From: Chloroflexota bacterium
GTDB taxonomy: Bacteria; Chloroflexota; Dehalococcoidia; JACQUO01
Direction of reading: 5' to 3'
NCBI GenBank assembly: GCA_016210205.1
Contig: JACQUO010000023.1
Coordinates: 153,711-217,710 of the forward strand
DNA: 64,000 nt
The notes below the pieces were generated by a model that saw only the letters and a list, made by a program, of their open reading frames with translations, did not search any database and was not told the origin of the DNA. This document shows, one piece after another, positions 48,478 through 59,041 of the stretch. Each line of letters begins with the position of its first letter. Within the stretch, counting starts at the first letter, position 1. The position numbers and the translations under genes were made by a program.

Positions 48478-51246
48478 CTAAGACATCTCCTCCCAGTTGC
48501 GCCCCGCTTTAAGGTCCACCTTCAGGGGCACCGCCAAGGGCAGGGCCTGAGGCATGAGCCCCAGGCTCAGCACCTGGGGCATGAGCTCCTGGGCCAGGGC
48601 CCGCACCACCTCCACCTCGCCAGGGGGCACCTCGAAGAGGAGCTCATCGTGAATCTGAAGCAGCATACGGCTCTGCAAGGCCCGCTCCCGGAGGGCGCGG
48701 TGCATGGCGAGCATGGCCAGCTTGGCGATGTCCGCCGAGGTGCCCTGGATGGGCATGTTGATGGCCTGACGCTCGGCCTCCTGCCGGTCCAGAGGCCGCG
48801 CCGAGTTGACCTCGGGGATGTAGCGGCGCCGCCCCAGGAGGGTCTGGACATAGCCTCGCTCCCGCGCCTGGCGCTTGGTGTTTTCGAGATACTCCAGCAC
48901 CCCAGGGTAGCGCTGGAAATAAGAGGTGATGAACTGGCGTGCCTCCTCCCGGCTCAGCTCCGTGGCCTGGACCAGGCCATAGTCCGTCATGCCGTAAATC
49001 ACGCCGAAGTTCACCGTCTTGGCCACCCGGCGCATGTCTGGGGTCACCGCGCCCGCCTCCACGCCAAAGACCTGGGAGGCGGTGGCCCGGTGGATGTCCT
49101 GGTCGGCCCGGAAGGCGGCGAGGAGGTTGGGGTCCTGGGAGAAGTAGGCCAGCACCCGCAGGTCTATCTGGGAGTAGTCGGCGGAGAGGAGCAGCCAGCC
49201 CGGGCGGGGGATGAAGGCGCGGCGCACGGTGCGCCCCTCCTCAGTGCGGATGGGGATGTTCTGGAGGTTGGGCTCGCTGGAGGAGAGCCGTCCCGTGGCG
49301 GTAGCCGTCTGGTTGAAACTGGTATAGAGCCGCCCTGTCTTGACATCCACCTGTGCGATGAGGGCATCCACATAGGTGGACTTGAGCTTGGCCAGCTGTC
49401 GGTAGTCCAGGAGGGCCTTAAGCACCTGGCGGGCCTGGGGTGTGATGTCCTGCCCGATGAGGGACTCCAGGACCGCGGCGTCGGTGGAGTAGCCGGTCTT
49501 GGTGCGGCGGGCCCGAGGCAGCTGCAACTCCTCGAAGAGCACCCGCCCCAGGGCCTGGGGAGAGTTAATCTTGAAGATGTGGCCGACGGTGTTATAGGCC
49601 GCCAACTCCAGCTCCCCCATCCGCGCCCCCAACTCGTGGCCGTAGCGCTCCAGCAACGGCACATCCAAGGCGATGCCGTCTCGCTCCATCTGCACCAGCA
49701 CCGGCACCAGGGGCGTCTCCACATAGCTGAAGAGGTCCCAAAGGCCCTCCCGGCGCAGCTCCTCCTCGAAGATAAGCTTCAGTCGGAGGGTGAAATCGGC
49801 GTCGGCGCAGGCATAGGGAGCCGCGGCCGCAATGGACACCTCATCCATGCCCCGTTGCTTCTTCCCAACGCCGATGAGGTCGGTGATGGGGGTCATCTCC
49901 ATCCCCAGGCGGGTGAAGGCCAGGGACTTCAGGCCCACGGAGCGCTCCCCCAGGAGGTGGGCGGCAATCATGGTGTCGAAGGCCAGAGGCTCAAGCTCGA
50001 CCCCGTGCTCTGCCAGGGCCGTCATGTCGAACTTGGCGTGGTGGGCCACCTTGCCCTTCCTGGTGTCGCGGAAGTATGGCCGCAAGGCTGCCAGGGCTGT
50101 CTCCAGCGGCAGCTGCGCCCCCTCCCGGTGGCCCACGGGGACATAGAAGGCCTGGCCCGCCTTCACAGCCAGGGACAGCCCGACGATGGCGGCACGGCGG
50201 GGCTCCAGGCTGGTGGTCTCCAGGTCCACCGCGAACTGGGGGGCGCCCTCCAGCACGCGGCAGAGGACCCGCAGGGATGCGGCGTCGGCCACCACCCGGT
50301 AGTCACGCTCCGCGACGGCGAAGTCAAGCGGCAGGGTGGGAGCATGGGCCGCCTCTTGGCCCTTGGGCAAGCGGGGGAGGAGAGCCGAGAACTCCAACTC
50401 CTGGAAGAGCTGCCGCACCGCATCCCCTGGGGGATGGAGACGGCAGGCCTCCAGGTCCAAGGACACCGGGAGGTCCCGGACGATGGTGGCCAACTTCTGG
50501 CTGCGCTCCGCCTCCTCCCGATGGGCCAGGAGCAGGTCCCGAACCCGCGAGGGCGTCACCTCACCGATGCGCTGGTACAGGGCCTCCAGGCTGCCGAACC
50601 GCTGGAGGAGGGCGATGGCCGTCTTCTCCCCGATGCCTTTGACCCCCGGGATGTTGTCCGAGGCATCCCCCATGAGGGCCTTGAGGTCCACCATCTGCCC
50701 CGGGCCGAGGCCACCATAGCGCTGGCGCACCTGGGCCTCGTCGTAGAGAATGGTATCGCTGAAGGGTCGCATGGGCCTGGGGGTGAGGATACGCACCCGC
50801 GGGCCCACCAGCTGGACAGTGTCCAGGTCGCCGGTGACGATGATGGTGTCGATGCCCTTTTGGGCCGCCTGCTCCGCCAAAGCCCCCAGGAGGTCATCGG
50901 CCTCGTACCCCTCGCGTTCGAAGACAGGGATGCCCCAGGCCTCCACCATCTGATGCACCCGGGGGAACTGCACCCGGAGCTCATCGGGGGCCCTGGCGCG
51001 GTTGGCTTTGTAATAAGAAGCCAGCTGGTGGCGGAAGGTGGGCCCCGGGGCATCGAAGGCGGCAGCCGCATGGGTGGGAGCGTAGTCCGCCAGCACCTTG
51101 AGGAGCATCTGGGTAAAGCCAAAGACCGCAGCGGTGGGCTCCCCGCTCTTGGTGGCCAGGGACCGCTGGATGGCGTGAAAGGCCCGGTGCACCAGGGCAT
51201 GCGAGTCCAGGAGCACCAGCAGGGGCGTCTTGGCTACGGCTTCCAC
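48478..51246 (-). CDS. polA: DNA polymerase I
   Basis: 5'-3' exonuclease (EADD, GD.SDNIPGVKGIGEKTA), 3'-5' exonuclease DLET, ADYSQI, AKTVNFG, QIHDEL; GTG 51246 after GGAGGAG. Confidence 0.97.
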   Translation of the reverse strand: MEAVAKTPLLVLLDSHALVHRAFHAIQRSLATKSGEPTAAVFGFTQMLLKVLADYAPTHAAAAFDAPGPTFRHQLASYYKANRARAPDELRVQFPRVHQMVEAWGIPVFEREGYEADDLLGALAEQAAQKGIDTIIVTGDLDTVQLVGPRVRILTPRPMRPFSDTILYDEAQVRQRYGGLGPGQMVDLKALMGDASDNIPGVKGIGEKTAIALLQRFGSLEALYQRIGEVTPSRVRDLLLAHREEAERSQKLATIVRDLPVSLDLEACRLHPPGDAVRQLFQELEFSALLPRLPKGQEAAHAPTLPLDFAVAERDYRVVADAASLRVLCRVLEGAPQFAVDLETTSLEPRRAAIVGLSLAVKAGQAFYVPVGHREGAQLPLETALAALRPYFRDTRKGKVAHHAKFDMTALAEHGVELEPLAFDTMIAAHLLGERSVGLKSLAFTRLGMEMTPITDLIGVGKKQRGMDEVSIAAAAPYACADADFTLRLKLIFEEELRREGLWDLFSYVETPLVPVLVQMERDGIALDVPLLERYGHELGARMGELELAAYNTVGHIFKINSPQALGRVLFEELQLPRARRTKTGYSTDAAVLESLIGQDITPQARQVLKALLDYRQLAKLKSTYVDALIAQVDVKTGRLYTSFNQTATATGRLSSSEPNLQNIPIRTEEGRTVRRAFIPRPGWLLLSADYSQIDLRVLAYFSQDPNLLAAFRADQDIHRATASQVFGVEAGAVTPDMRRVAKTVNFGVIYGMTDYGLVQATELSREEARQFITSYFQRYPGVLEYLENTKRQARERGYVQTLLGRRRYIPEVNSARPLDRQEAERQAINMPIQGTSADIAKLAMLAMHRALRERALQSRMLLQIHDELLFEVPPGEVEVVRALAQELMPQVLSLGLMPQALPLAVPLKVDLKAGRNWEEMS

Positions 51247-51428
51247 ATCTTCTCCTCCCCCAAGTCCCGGGGGGTCTGAACCCCATTGTAGCAGATGGAG
51301 ACAGGGAGAAAAACTAACATTGCGTCGTCCTGGAGGTCTATCGCAATTTGAGGATGCTATGGGCGAAGCCCGCCGCAGACGGATTAGGAGTGTCCCCATC
51401 TCTCTACCTCCCCCTCACTGACAGACAT

Positions 51429-51550
51429 GGGGGACCCGAGGGTGCAGGGGGAACGCCCGCCGCAGGCGGGCCGGGGGCCTGGGGGTGTCCCCCAGTCTTC
51501 CTTACCTTCCCCCTCTCCTTCCAGGAGAGGGGGAGAAAGGGGGTGAGGTG
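51429..51550. repeat. Palindromic repeat element, inverted orientation (copy 6)
   Basis: GGGTGCAGGGGG...CTGGGGGTGTCCCCCAG...CCCCCTCTCC..GGAGAGGGGG..GGGGGTGAGG. Confidence 0.65.
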
Positions 51551-51598
51551 TCCAGAAGACTGGGAGATTTAGGGGGTGGAAAAGCGTCTCTAAAGGCC

Positions 51599-51651
51599 TT
51601 GACAACTGGGCTGAGATACACTATTCTGAATTATCAGCATATACTGATAAT
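51599..51651 (+). promoter_or_regulatory. Promoter and palindromic operator of hgcC-like/arsM unit
   Basis: TTGACA-17 nt-TATTCT, then ATTATCAG-N6-CTGATAAT perfect IR at 51630-51651. Confidence 0.7.
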
Positions 51652-51681
51652 GATGAAGACCGGCTCTAAAGGAGGCGAGAG

Positions 51682-51957
51682 ATGACAACCAAACTTGCTG
51701 CGGAAACCTGTTGCGAGGCCGCGGGGGTGGGCCTCACCTCCCTCAAAGTTGAGTGGGTGATAGGCGTGGACGAGCGGGGGCAGATGGTCCTGCCCAAGGA
51801 GCTCCGGGAGAAGGCCAAAATTAAGGCCGGGGACAAGCTGGCGGTGGTGAACTGGGAGAAGGACGGCCAGGTGTGCTGCATCACCCTGATTAAGACCGAT
51901 GAGCTGGCCCAGATGGTGCGGGGGCTTCTGGGCCCACTGGCTAAAGAGTTAATCTGA
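51682..51957 (+). CDS. hgcC: AbrB/MazE-fold protein with two CC pairs, resembling HgcAB-associated protein HgcC
   Basis: VDERGQMVLPKELREKA.I.AGDKL AbrB signature; ETCC and VCCITLIK; RBS AGGAGG; family match recalled, not searched. Confidence 0.75.
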   Translation: MTTKLAAETCCEAAGVGLTSLKVEWVIGVDERGQMVLPKELREKAKIKAGDKLAVVNWEKDGQVCCITLIKTDELAQMVRGLLGPLAKELI

Positions 51958-51974
51958 AAGGAAGGGCTCACCTC

Positions 51975-52727
51975 ATGAAGAAGCAGGACAAGTTAATCAA
52001 GACCTTTGTGAGGATACAATATGCGGCCCTGGCCCAGAGGGCGGGGAGTTGCTGCGCCCCCGAAGCAACCAGCGCCCGCCCGGAGGGGGCCGCCTCGGTA
52101 GAGCAGCTCTACGGCAAAGAGAAGCTGGCATCCCTCCCCGAGGGCGCCACTGCCATCGCCGCCGGCTGCGGCGACCCCACGGCCTTGGCGGAACTGAAGC
52201 CAGGGGAGGTGGTGCTGGACCTGGGCAGCGGCGGCGGCATCGACTGCCTTCTGGCGGCGGAGCGAGTCGGCCCCCGGGGCCGGGTCATCGGCATCGACCT
52301 CACCCCGGAGATGGTGGAGGTGGCCCGTCAGAATGCCGCCGCCGTGGAGGCCAAGAATGTGGAGTTCCATCTGGGGGAGATAGAGAGCCTGCCTTTAGAG
52401 GAAGCCTCCGTGGATGTAATCATCTCCAACTGCGTCATCAACCTTTCCCCCGACAAGGACGCTGTCTTCCAGGAGGCCTTTCGGGTGCTCCGGCCCGGGG
52501 GGCGGCTGGCGGTGGCCGACATCGTGGCGCTGGGCAAGCTGCCCACCACGGTGCGGGGCAGTATGGCCAGTTGGGCTGCCTGCGTGGCCGGGGCATTGGA
52601 GAAAGAGGAATACCTGGGCAAGATACAGGCAGCCGGCTTTGAGGTGACGGGCATCACCGAGACCCCCGTCAACCTCAAGGGGATAAGGGTGGCCAGCGCC
52701 AAGATTAAGGCCACCAAGCCGTTTTGA
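51975..52727 (+). CDS. arsM: Arsenite S-adenosylmethionine methyltransferase
   Basis: [39 protein letters not shown] conserved Cys set. Confidence 0.9.
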   Translation: MKKQDKLIKTFVRIQYAALAQRAGSCCAPEATSARPEGAASVEQLYGKEKLASLPEGATAIAAGCGDPTALAELKPGEVVLDLGSGGGIDCLLAAERVGPRGRVIGIDLTPEMVEVARQNAAAVEAKNVEFHLGEIESLPLEEASVDVIISNCVINLSPDKDAVFQEAFRVLRPGGRLAVADIVALGKLPTTVRGSMASWAACVAGALEKEEYLGKIQAAGFEVTGITETPVNLKGIRVASAKIKATKPF

Positions 52728-52851
52728 TTGAATGGGAAAAATAAAAAAAGGACATGGTCGGCCCCCATGAATCTAAAAGGGGCCACCCTGCCCTTTTTTG
52801 TATTAAGCCCTGCGCCCTGTGCCGAAGGAGGGCGCTCCGAGGAGATGAGCC

Positions 52852-53121
52852 CTAGGTCATCACCGGCTGCTGGCCGGGGTGCAAGCGCCGCCACTTGGCC
52901 AGGAGCTGCTCCTTGGTCTCCTTGCGGCCGGGGTCAGGGACGCAGGCATCCACGGGGCAGACCTCCACACAGCGGGGGGTAGCGTAGTTGCCCACGCACT
53001 CCGTGCACTTGGCATGGTCGATGACATAGACCGGATTGCCCTCGGCGATGGCGTGGTTGATGTTGCACTCCGGCTCGCAAGCGCCACAGTTGATGCACTC
53101 TTCTGTTATCTTATAGGCCAC
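52852..53121 (-). CDS. 2[4Fe-4S] ferredoxin, YfhL-like
   Basis: [11 protein letters not shown] and CTECVG....PRCVEVCP; GTG after GGAGG. Confidence 0.92.
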   Translation of the reverse strand: MAYKITEECINCGACEPECNINHAIAEGNPVYVIDHAKCTECVGNYATPRCVEVCPVDACVPDPGRKETKEQLLAKWRRLHPGQQPVMT

Positions 53122-53271
53122 CTTGCACAAACCTCCAGTTTTTTTGATTTTGGGCCAGGCTCGGGTTAATTAAGCTCCACCTCCTCTCGCGCCCTTTGCG
53201 GAAAGGCTCTCGGGCCTCAAGCCCACATGTTAGATTATACCATCAGCGCCGTCAGGCGCAAAAGGCCCGGC

Positions 53272-53751
53272 CTAGAGCTTAAGCTTTTTCTTCAGGGCCG
53301 TCACCACATGGGGGGGCACCATATCATGGATGACGCCTCCCAGGGATGTCACCTCTTTGAGGAGGCTGGAAGACAGGAACTGGTAGTCCAGGCTGGACAT
53401 GAGGCAGACCAACTCCACATCTGGGGCCAGTTGCTTGTTCATGAGGGCCATCTCGAACTCCCGCTCGAAGTCCGAGGACATCCGCAGGCCTCTGACCAGA
53501 GCCTTGGCTCCAATCTTCTGGGCGAAGGTAACCGTGAGCCCAGAGTAGGGCTGGACGCTCACATTAAGAAGGTGAGCCACCGCCTTCTTCATCAGGTTGA
53601 CCCGCTCGGCGGTGGTGAACATGAGGTTCTTCTGGGGGATATCGTAGACCCCCACTACCAGCTGCTCGAAGAGCTGGGAGGCCCGGGTGGCGATGTCCAG
53701 ATGCCCGTTGGTGACAGGGTCAAAGCTCCCAGGGTAGAGGGCTTTAGTCAA
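53272..53751 (-). CDS. coaD: Phosphopantetheine adenylyltransferase
   Basis: YPGSFDPVTNGH, RGLR..SDFE.E, LSSS. Confidence 0.96.
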   Translation of the reverse strand: MTKALYPGSFDPVTNGHLDIATRASQLFEQLVVGVYDIPQKNLMFTTAERVNLMKKAVAHLLNVSVQPYSGLTVTFAQKIGAKALVRGLRMSSDFEREFEMALMNKQLAPDVELVCLMSSLDYQFLSSSLLKEVTSLGGVIHDMVPPHVVTALKKKLKL

Positions 53752-54316
53752 CAGCCACCTCCTTCCTTGCTGGTATCCGGTATACGGAGACCCGGGTATC
53801 CCCGTGCCGCAGCGCCTTCACCAGCTGATAGCTGCCGTAGCTCGGGGCGAGGCTCTGCCGGCGGGAATGCTCCACCACGATGGTGGTCTCCGCCTCCACC
53901 ACCGGGGAGGCCGCCAGCTGCTCCAGCATCTGGCCCAAAGACGGGGCCTCATAGGGCGGGTCCAGGAGCACCAGGCCGTAAGGGGCCTCACCCCCGCTGG
54001 CGATGGCCGCCTCCACTTTCTGGCAGCGCACCCTGGCCTGGGCCGCAAACCCGGTGCGCTCCAGGTTCTCGCCGATGATGGCGCAAGCGCGGTGGTCCTG
54101 CTCTATGAAGTCCACCCAGCCTGCTCCGCGGCTCAGGGCCTCGATGCCCAGAGCCCCGCTCCCCGCGTAGAGGTCCAGGACCCGCTCCCAGCGGATCCCC
54201 ATAGCCCCCAGGGCCGAGAAGATGGCTCCCCGAACCAGGTCTGAGGTGGGACGGATGGCCATGCCGCGCAGGGTCTTCAGAGGATGGCCCTTGGCCCGTC
54301 CCGAGATAATCCTCAT
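53744..54316 (-). CDS. rsmD: 16S rRNA m2G966 methyltransferase
   Basis: MRIISG, RPTSD.VR, LDLYAGSGALGIEALSRGA, DPPY. Confidence 0.95.
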   Translation of the reverse strand: MRIISGRAKGHPLKTLRGMAIRPTSDLVRGAIFSALGAMGIRWERVLDLYAGSGALGIEALSRGAGWVDFIEQDHRACAIIGENLERTGFAAQARVRCQKVEAAIASGGEAPYGLVLLDPPYEAPSLGQMLEQLAASPVVEAETTIVVEHSRRQSLAPSYGSYQLVKALRHGDTRVSVYRIPARKEVAVD

Positions 54317-54420
54317 CTTAACGGCGCCCCCGGATACTGGGCCAAAGCATTCCCATTATAGGCAGGAATTCAGCATAGTCAAGGGGCAGCACCGAAAGGG
54401 AGCCACCTTCAGCGAAGGGG

Positions 54421-56859
54421 TCAGGCGGCGACCGTGGCTTCCTCCCGGCGGAAGACGAGGCCCTGGGCGGAGACATCCACTATCACCTGGTCCCCATCCC
54501 TGAACTCGCCTGAGAGGATTTTCATGGCGAGGGGGTTCTCCACATGGCGCTGGAGGGCGCGACGCAGGGGCCGGGCGCCGAAGGCGGGCTCGAAGCCCTC
54601 CTGGGCCAGCCAGTCCCTGGCCGCCGGGGTGAGCCGCACCGTCACCCTGCGTTCCGTGAGGCGTTTCTGCACCTCCCGCATGAGGAGGTCCACAATCTGT
54701 TTCACCTGCTCCATGGTCAGGGGCTGGAAGATGATGACCTCGTCCAAGCGGTTCAGGAACTCGGGGCGGAAGGCACGCTTGAGGGCGTCTTCCACCGCCT
54801 TCTGGAGACGGGTCTCCTCGCTCTGGGTCTGGCCACCCTGGTGGAAGCCGATGGCCTGGCGCTGGAACTCCTCGGTTCCCAGGTTGCTGGTCATGATGAC
54901 CAGGGTGTTCTTGAAGTCCACGGTGCGGCCATGGCCGTCGGTGAGACGGCCATCCTCCATAATCTGGAGGAGGATGTTGAAGACATCGGGGTGGGCCTTC
55001 TCTATCTCGTCCAGGAGGATAACCTGGTAGGGGCGGCGGCGCACAATCTCCGTGAGCTGGCCCCCCTCCTCGTAGCCGATGTAGCCGGGGGGCGCGCCGA
55101 TGAGGCGGGAGACGGTGTGCTTCTCCATGTACTCCGACATGTCCAGGCGCAGCAGGAACTCCTCATCGTCGAAGAGGAACTGAGCCAGGGCCCGGGCCAG
55201 CTCCGTCTTGCCCACGCCGGTGGGGCCCAGGAAGATGAACGAGCCGATGGGCCGCTTGGGGTCCTTGAGGCCCGAGCGGGAGCGGCGGATGGCATCGGAG
55301 ACGGCGGTGATGGCCCGGTCCTGGCCGATGATGCGTTCGTGGAGCCGCTCCTCCATGTGGAGGAGCTTCTCCGACTCGCCCTCCATCATGCGGGCCACGG
55401 GGATGCCGGTCCACTTGGCGACCAGGGCGGCGATGTCCTCTTCCTCCACCTGGCCGTGGATTTTCTCTTGCTCCAGCCACTGGGAGCGGGCCGCGTTGAG
55501 CTGGGTCTCCAGGCCCAAGCGCTGGGTGCGGAGCTGGGCGGCCTGCTCGTATTCGCTCCGCTGGGAGTGGGCCTCCTCCTCGTCCTGGAGCTTCTTCACC
55601 CCCTGCTCCAGCTCCCGAACCTCGGTGGGGGCACTCTCGGCGTCGATGCGGAGCTTGGAGGCTGCCTCATCGATGAGGTCGATGGCCTTGTCGGGCAGGA
55701 AGCGCCCGGAGACATAGCGGTCACTGAGACGGGCCGCAGCCACGAGGGCGCCGTCGGTGATGGTGATTTTGTGGTGGGCCTCATAGCGGGGTCGGAGGCC
55801 CTTGAGGATTTCGATGGTGGCCTCCGCGCTGGGCTCGCCGACGAAGACGGACTGGAAGCGCCGCTCCAGGGCAGCGTCCTTCTCGATGTGCTCTCGGTAC
55901 TCGTCCAGGGTGGTGGCGCCCACGCACTGGAGCTCGCCCCGGGAGAGGGCGGGCTTGAGCATGTTGGAGGCATCGATGGCGCCCTCGGCGGCGCCCGCGC
56001 CCACCACGGTGTGGAGCTCGTCGATGAAGAGGACTATTTCCCCCTGGGCGCGGCGGATTTCGTCCATGACGGCCTTGAGGCGCTCCTCGAACTCGCCGCG
56101 GAACTTGGAGCCCGCCACCATGGCCGGCAGGTCCAGGGCCAGGACCCAGCGGCCCTTGAGGGAGTCGGGCACATCGCCGGCCACGATTTTCTGGGCCAGG
56201 CCTTCCACGATGGCGGTCTTGCCCACCCCTGTCTCGCCGATGACCACGGGGTTGTTCTTGGTGCGGCGGGTGAGGATTTGCATCACTCGCTTTATCTCTT
56301 CGTCCCGGCCGATGACGGGGTCCAGCTTGCCCTCCCGAGCCAGTTGGGTGAGGTCGCGGCTGTACTTCTCCAGGGCCCGGTACTTGCTCTCGGCGCGGGG
56401 GTCGGTGGCCCGCTGGCCGCCGCGTATCTCCTGAAGAGCCTGATAGACCCGCTCGGTGTCAATGTGGAAATCATGCAGGATGCGCGCGGACTCCCCCTCC
56501 CGCTCCATGGTGATGGCGACGAGGAGGTGCTCCACGCCAATGTATTCGTCCTTGAAGCGTTCGGCCTCGGCGAGGGCGTTCTGGAAGAGTCGTCCGACGC
56601 GGGGGGTGAGGTAGATTTGGGGGCTAGTGTAGCCCAGCCGGGGGGAACGGCCCAGGGCCTCCTCAGCCCGGCGGCGAATGGCGGAGATATCCACCTGCAG
56701 ACGCGTTAGGATGTCCTGGGCCAGGCCCGCCTCCTGCCGCAGGAGGGCCAGGAGGAGGTGCTCCACATCCCACTGGCTCTGCTGATAGAGTTGGACTAGC
56801 TGCTGGGAGGCCGCCAGGACTTCCTGGGCCTGCTCGGTGAACTTATCTTGACGCATCAT
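54421..56859 (-). CDS. Class I Clp ATPase (ClpC-like, ClpB/ClpC family)
   Basis: Clp N repeats, two NBDs ([16 protein letters not shown]), short middle domain, IGF loop. Confidence 0.93.
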   Translation of the reverse strand: MMRQDKFTEQAQEVLAASQQLVQLYQQSQWDVEHLLLALLRQEAGLAQDILTRLQVDISAIRRRAEEALGRSPRLGYTSPQIYLTPRVGRLFQNALAEAERFKDEYIGVEHLLVAITMEREGESARILHDFHIDTERVYQALQEIRGGQRATDPRAESKYRALEKYSRDLTQLAREGKLDPVIGRDEEIKRVMQILTRRTKNNPVVIGETGVGKTAIVEGLAQKIVAGDVPDSLKGRWVLALDLPAMVAGSKFRGEFEERLKAVMDEIRRAQGEIVLFIDELHTVVGAGAAEGAIDASNMLKPALSRGELQCVGATTLDEYREHIEKDAALERRFQSVFVGEPSAEATIEILKGLRPRYEAHHKITITDGALVAAARLSDRYVSGRFLPDKAIDLIDEAASKLRIDAESAPTEVRELEQGVKKLQDEEEAHSQRSEYEQAAQLRTQRLGLETQLNAARSQWLEQEKIHGQVEEEDIAALVAKWTGIPVARMMEGESEKLLHMEERLHERIIGQDRAITAVSDAIRRSRSGLKDPKRPIGSFIFLGPTGVGKTELARALAQFLFDDEEFLLRLDMSEYMEKHTVSRLIGAPPGYIGYEEGGQLTEIVRRRPYQVILLDEIEKAHPDVFNILLQIMEDGRLTDGHGRTVDFKNTLVIMTSNLGTEEFQRQAIGFHQGGQTQSEETRLQKAVEDALKRAFRPEFLNRLDEVIIFQPLTMEQVKQIVDLLMREVQKRLTERRVTVRLTPAARDWLAQEGFEPAFGARPLRRALQRHVENPLAMKILSGEFRDGDQVIVDVSAQGLVFRREEATVAA

Positions 56860-56899
56860 GCAAAAAATCCCTCCTCTGGCGGTATTTCCGCTGGCCGGG

Positions 56900-57223
56900 C
56901 TAGTCTTCTTTAGGCTTGTCGCCCTGGGCCCGGACCTCCAGGTCCCGGAGGCGCTCTTCCAAGAGGGCCAGGCGCTCGGCCATGCGGAGGATAACCTCCA
57001 CTCCCGCCAGGTTCACCCCCAGATCATCCATCATGGACTTGACCTGACGCAGGCGATTGACGTCTTTGATGGAATAGAGGCGGATGTTGCCCCGGGAGCG
57101 GTGAGGCTCCACCAGGCCGGCTCGCTCGTAGTAGCGCAGCGTCTGGGCATGGACGCCCACCATCCGGGCCACCACGCTGATGACATAGAGGGGTTCCAAC
57201 TCCTCCATCTCGGGCCGTCTCAT
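56900..57223 (-). CDS. hspR: MerR-family heat-shock repressor HspR
   Basis: YVISVVA..VGVHAQTLR.YER.GL, R.RLYS, GVNLAGVE; between dnaJ and clp. Confidence 0.88.
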   Translation of the reverse strand: MRRPEMEELEPLYVISVVARMVGVHAQTLRYYERAGLVEPHRSRGNIRLYSIKDVNRLRQVKSMMDDLGVNLAGVEVILRMAERLALLEERLRDLEVRAQGDKPKED

Positions 57224-57270
57224 GATAGCATACCTTGCTTTCGCATTTCCGGCTTTCCTACCAATGTATC

Positions 57271-58218
57271 CTATACGGCGGTGGGGCTGCCCCGAGACCT
57301 GAGGGCCCTAAGCTCCTGGAAGAGGGCTTTTTCCCGTGGGCTCAGGCTCTCCGGCAGCACCACCTTGACCACTTCGTAGAGGTCACCCCGGCCCGGCCCT
57401 TGAAGCTGAGGCATGCCCTGTCCGGAGAGGCGAATGCGCTTCCCGTTCTGGGTCTCCGGCGGGATTTTCAGCTTCAGCTTCTTCCCCGCCAGGGTTACCA
57501 CCTCCGCCTCGCCGCCCAGGACGGCCATGTCCAGGGGGACCTTCACCTCCCCTTCCAGGTCAGGGCCCTGACGGGTGAAAAGGGGGTGAGGCTCCACCGA
57601 GACTACCAGGTTTATCTCCTGGCCCTGGGGGGAGAGATGCACGCGGGAGCCGGTGTCCACGCCCTGAGGTATCTTCACCTCCAGGACACGGGGCTGGGAG
57701 ACCGCACCCAGGCCGCCACACTGGGGGCAGGCCCGTCCCCCCCGGTGCCCCCGCCCCTGACAGATGGGGCAGGGCGACTGCGACGGGATTTGGAGGCGGC
57801 GGGTGGCGCCGCCATAGGCCTCCTCCAGGGTGACGGACACGGGGAACTCCACCGGGAAGGGGTGCAAGCCCGCGCCCCTCCCGCCCAGGCCACCCCGCAG
57901 GAGGCTCTCCAGGATCTCCTCCACGCCGTGGCCGGAGGGAGAGCCGCGAAACTCGAAGCCGCCGAAGGGCGCCTCCTGGGTGAAGGGCTGAGCCTGCTGC
58001 CAGTTGGGGCCAAGTTGGTCGTACTTGGCTCGCTTCTCGGGGTCTGAGAGCACCTCGTAGGCCAGGTTTATCTCCTTGAAGCGCTCCTCTCCCTCCTTAT
58101 TCCCGGGGTTGACATCGGGATGGTAGCGCCGAGCCAGGCGGCGGTAGGCCTGCTTAATCTCCCTATCGCTGGCGGTGGGGCTAACCCCCAATAGGTTATA
58201 GTAATCCTTCTGGGCCAT
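57271..58218 (-). CDS. DnaJ-class chaperone (CbpA-like, half zinc finger)
   Basis: J domain with HPD, two CxxCxGxG motifs, DnaJ_C domain. Confidence 0.92.
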   Translation of the reverse strand: MAQKDYYNLLGVSPTASDREIKQAYRRLARRYHPDVNPGNKEGEERFKEINLAYEVLSDPEKRAKYDQLGPNWQQAQPFTQEAPFGGFEFRGSPSGHGVEEILESLLRGGLGGRGAGLHPFPVEFPVSVTLEEAYGGATRRLQIPSQSPCPICQGRGHRGGRACPQCGGLGAVSQPRVLEVKIPQGVDTGSRVHLSPQGQEINLVVSVEPHPLFTRQGPDLEGEVKVPLDMAVLGGEAEVVTLAGKKLKLKIPPETQNGKRIRLSGQGMPQLQGPGRGDLYEVVKVVLPESLSPREKALFQELRALRSRGSPTAV

Positions 58219-58238
58219 AGCCTTAGCTCCTCATGAAC

Positions 58239-58267
58239 ATTATAGACATTAACAACATCCATGTCAA
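58239..58267 (-). promoter_or_regulatory. Consensus sigma70 promoter of dnaJ-hspR-clp
   Basis: Minus strand TTGACA-17 nt-TATAAT. Confidence 0.8.
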
Positions 58268-58319
58268 GAATAACTTATAAGCATATATGTAATACATGGT
58301 TATAAGCTAATTAGGAGTC

Positions 58320-58348
58320 TTGACATTATCATGTTAACATGATAAGCT
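58320..58348 (+). promoter_or_regulatory. hsp20 promoter with perfect 20-bp palindrome
   Basis: TTGACA-17 nt-TAAGCT; TTATCATGTTAACATGATAA at 58326-58345. Confidence 0.7.
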
Positions 58349-58411
58349 TAAAGAAATAAGCGGGGGCCCAGCCGTCATTGGGCCTTCTGCAGAGATAAGG
58401 AGGAACCAACT

Positions 58412-58888
58412 ATGACTATGGTGCGCTGGGACCCCTTCGGCGAGCTGCGCCGACATCAGGGCCTGGTGGAACGTCTCTTCGGCGAGCCCGGGCTGCGGCC
58501 TTTCCGGTTCGCTGACTTGGTAACAGCCCATGACATCCTCGTCGATATGTACCAGACGAAAGACGCCGTGGTGATCAAAGCTACCATCCCCGGCATCAAG
58601 CCCGAGGAGGTGGACATCTCCATCACCGGCGACCTCCTCACCATTAAGGGCGAGCTGCAGGAGGAGCGAGAACACAAAGGGGCCGACTACTTCGTGCAGG
58701 AGCGCCATACCGGCAGCTTCAGCCGCTCCTTGGCTCTGCCCGGAGCCCTCAAGACCGACAAGGCTGAGGCGGTCTTCGATAACGGGGTGCTCACCCTGAC
58801 TATCCCCAAGGCGGAGGAGTCCAAGCCCAAGCAGATTAGGGTTAAGGCTAAAGGCCTCCTGGAGGGGCAGAAGGGCAAACCGAAATAG
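58412..58888 (+). CDS. Small heat-shock protein Hsp20/alpha-crystallin
   Basis: RWDPF, D.Y.T.D, IPG...E, ER..G.FSRS..LP, A.FDNGVL.L.IPK. Confidence 0.95.
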   Translation: MTMVRWDPFGELRRHQGLVERLFGEPGLRPFRFADLVTAHDILVDMYQTKDAVVIKATIPGIKPEEVDISITGDLLTIKGELQEEREHKGADYFVQERHTGSFSRSLALPGALKTDKAEAVFDNGVLTLTIPKAEESKPKQIRVKAKGLLEGQKGKPK

Positions 58889-58911
58889 GGCCTCACCTGG
58901 CTAGCATTGCC

Positions 58912-58939
58912 CTCAGGCCAGCTACGAAGCTGGCCTGAG
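58912..58939. terminator. Hairpin after hsp20
   Basis: CTCAGGCCAGCT-ACGA-AGCTGGCCTGAG; no U-tract. Confidence 0.45.
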
Positions 58940-59041
58940 CCATATCCAGCGAGCCTTAGCTTGACGCCCCTCCCCCCGTCGTGTAAAATGTCCCCGTTTG
59001 GGGAGCACCCCACCGCACAGGACGCAGACAGGAGGAGCTGC

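Noticed and set aside
52852-53121. Ferredoxin next to hgcC-like/arsM as possible HgcB
   Set aside because: YfhL-type Cys spacing, no C-terminal vicinal Cys pair, opposite strand, and no hgcA cap-helix motif in the window
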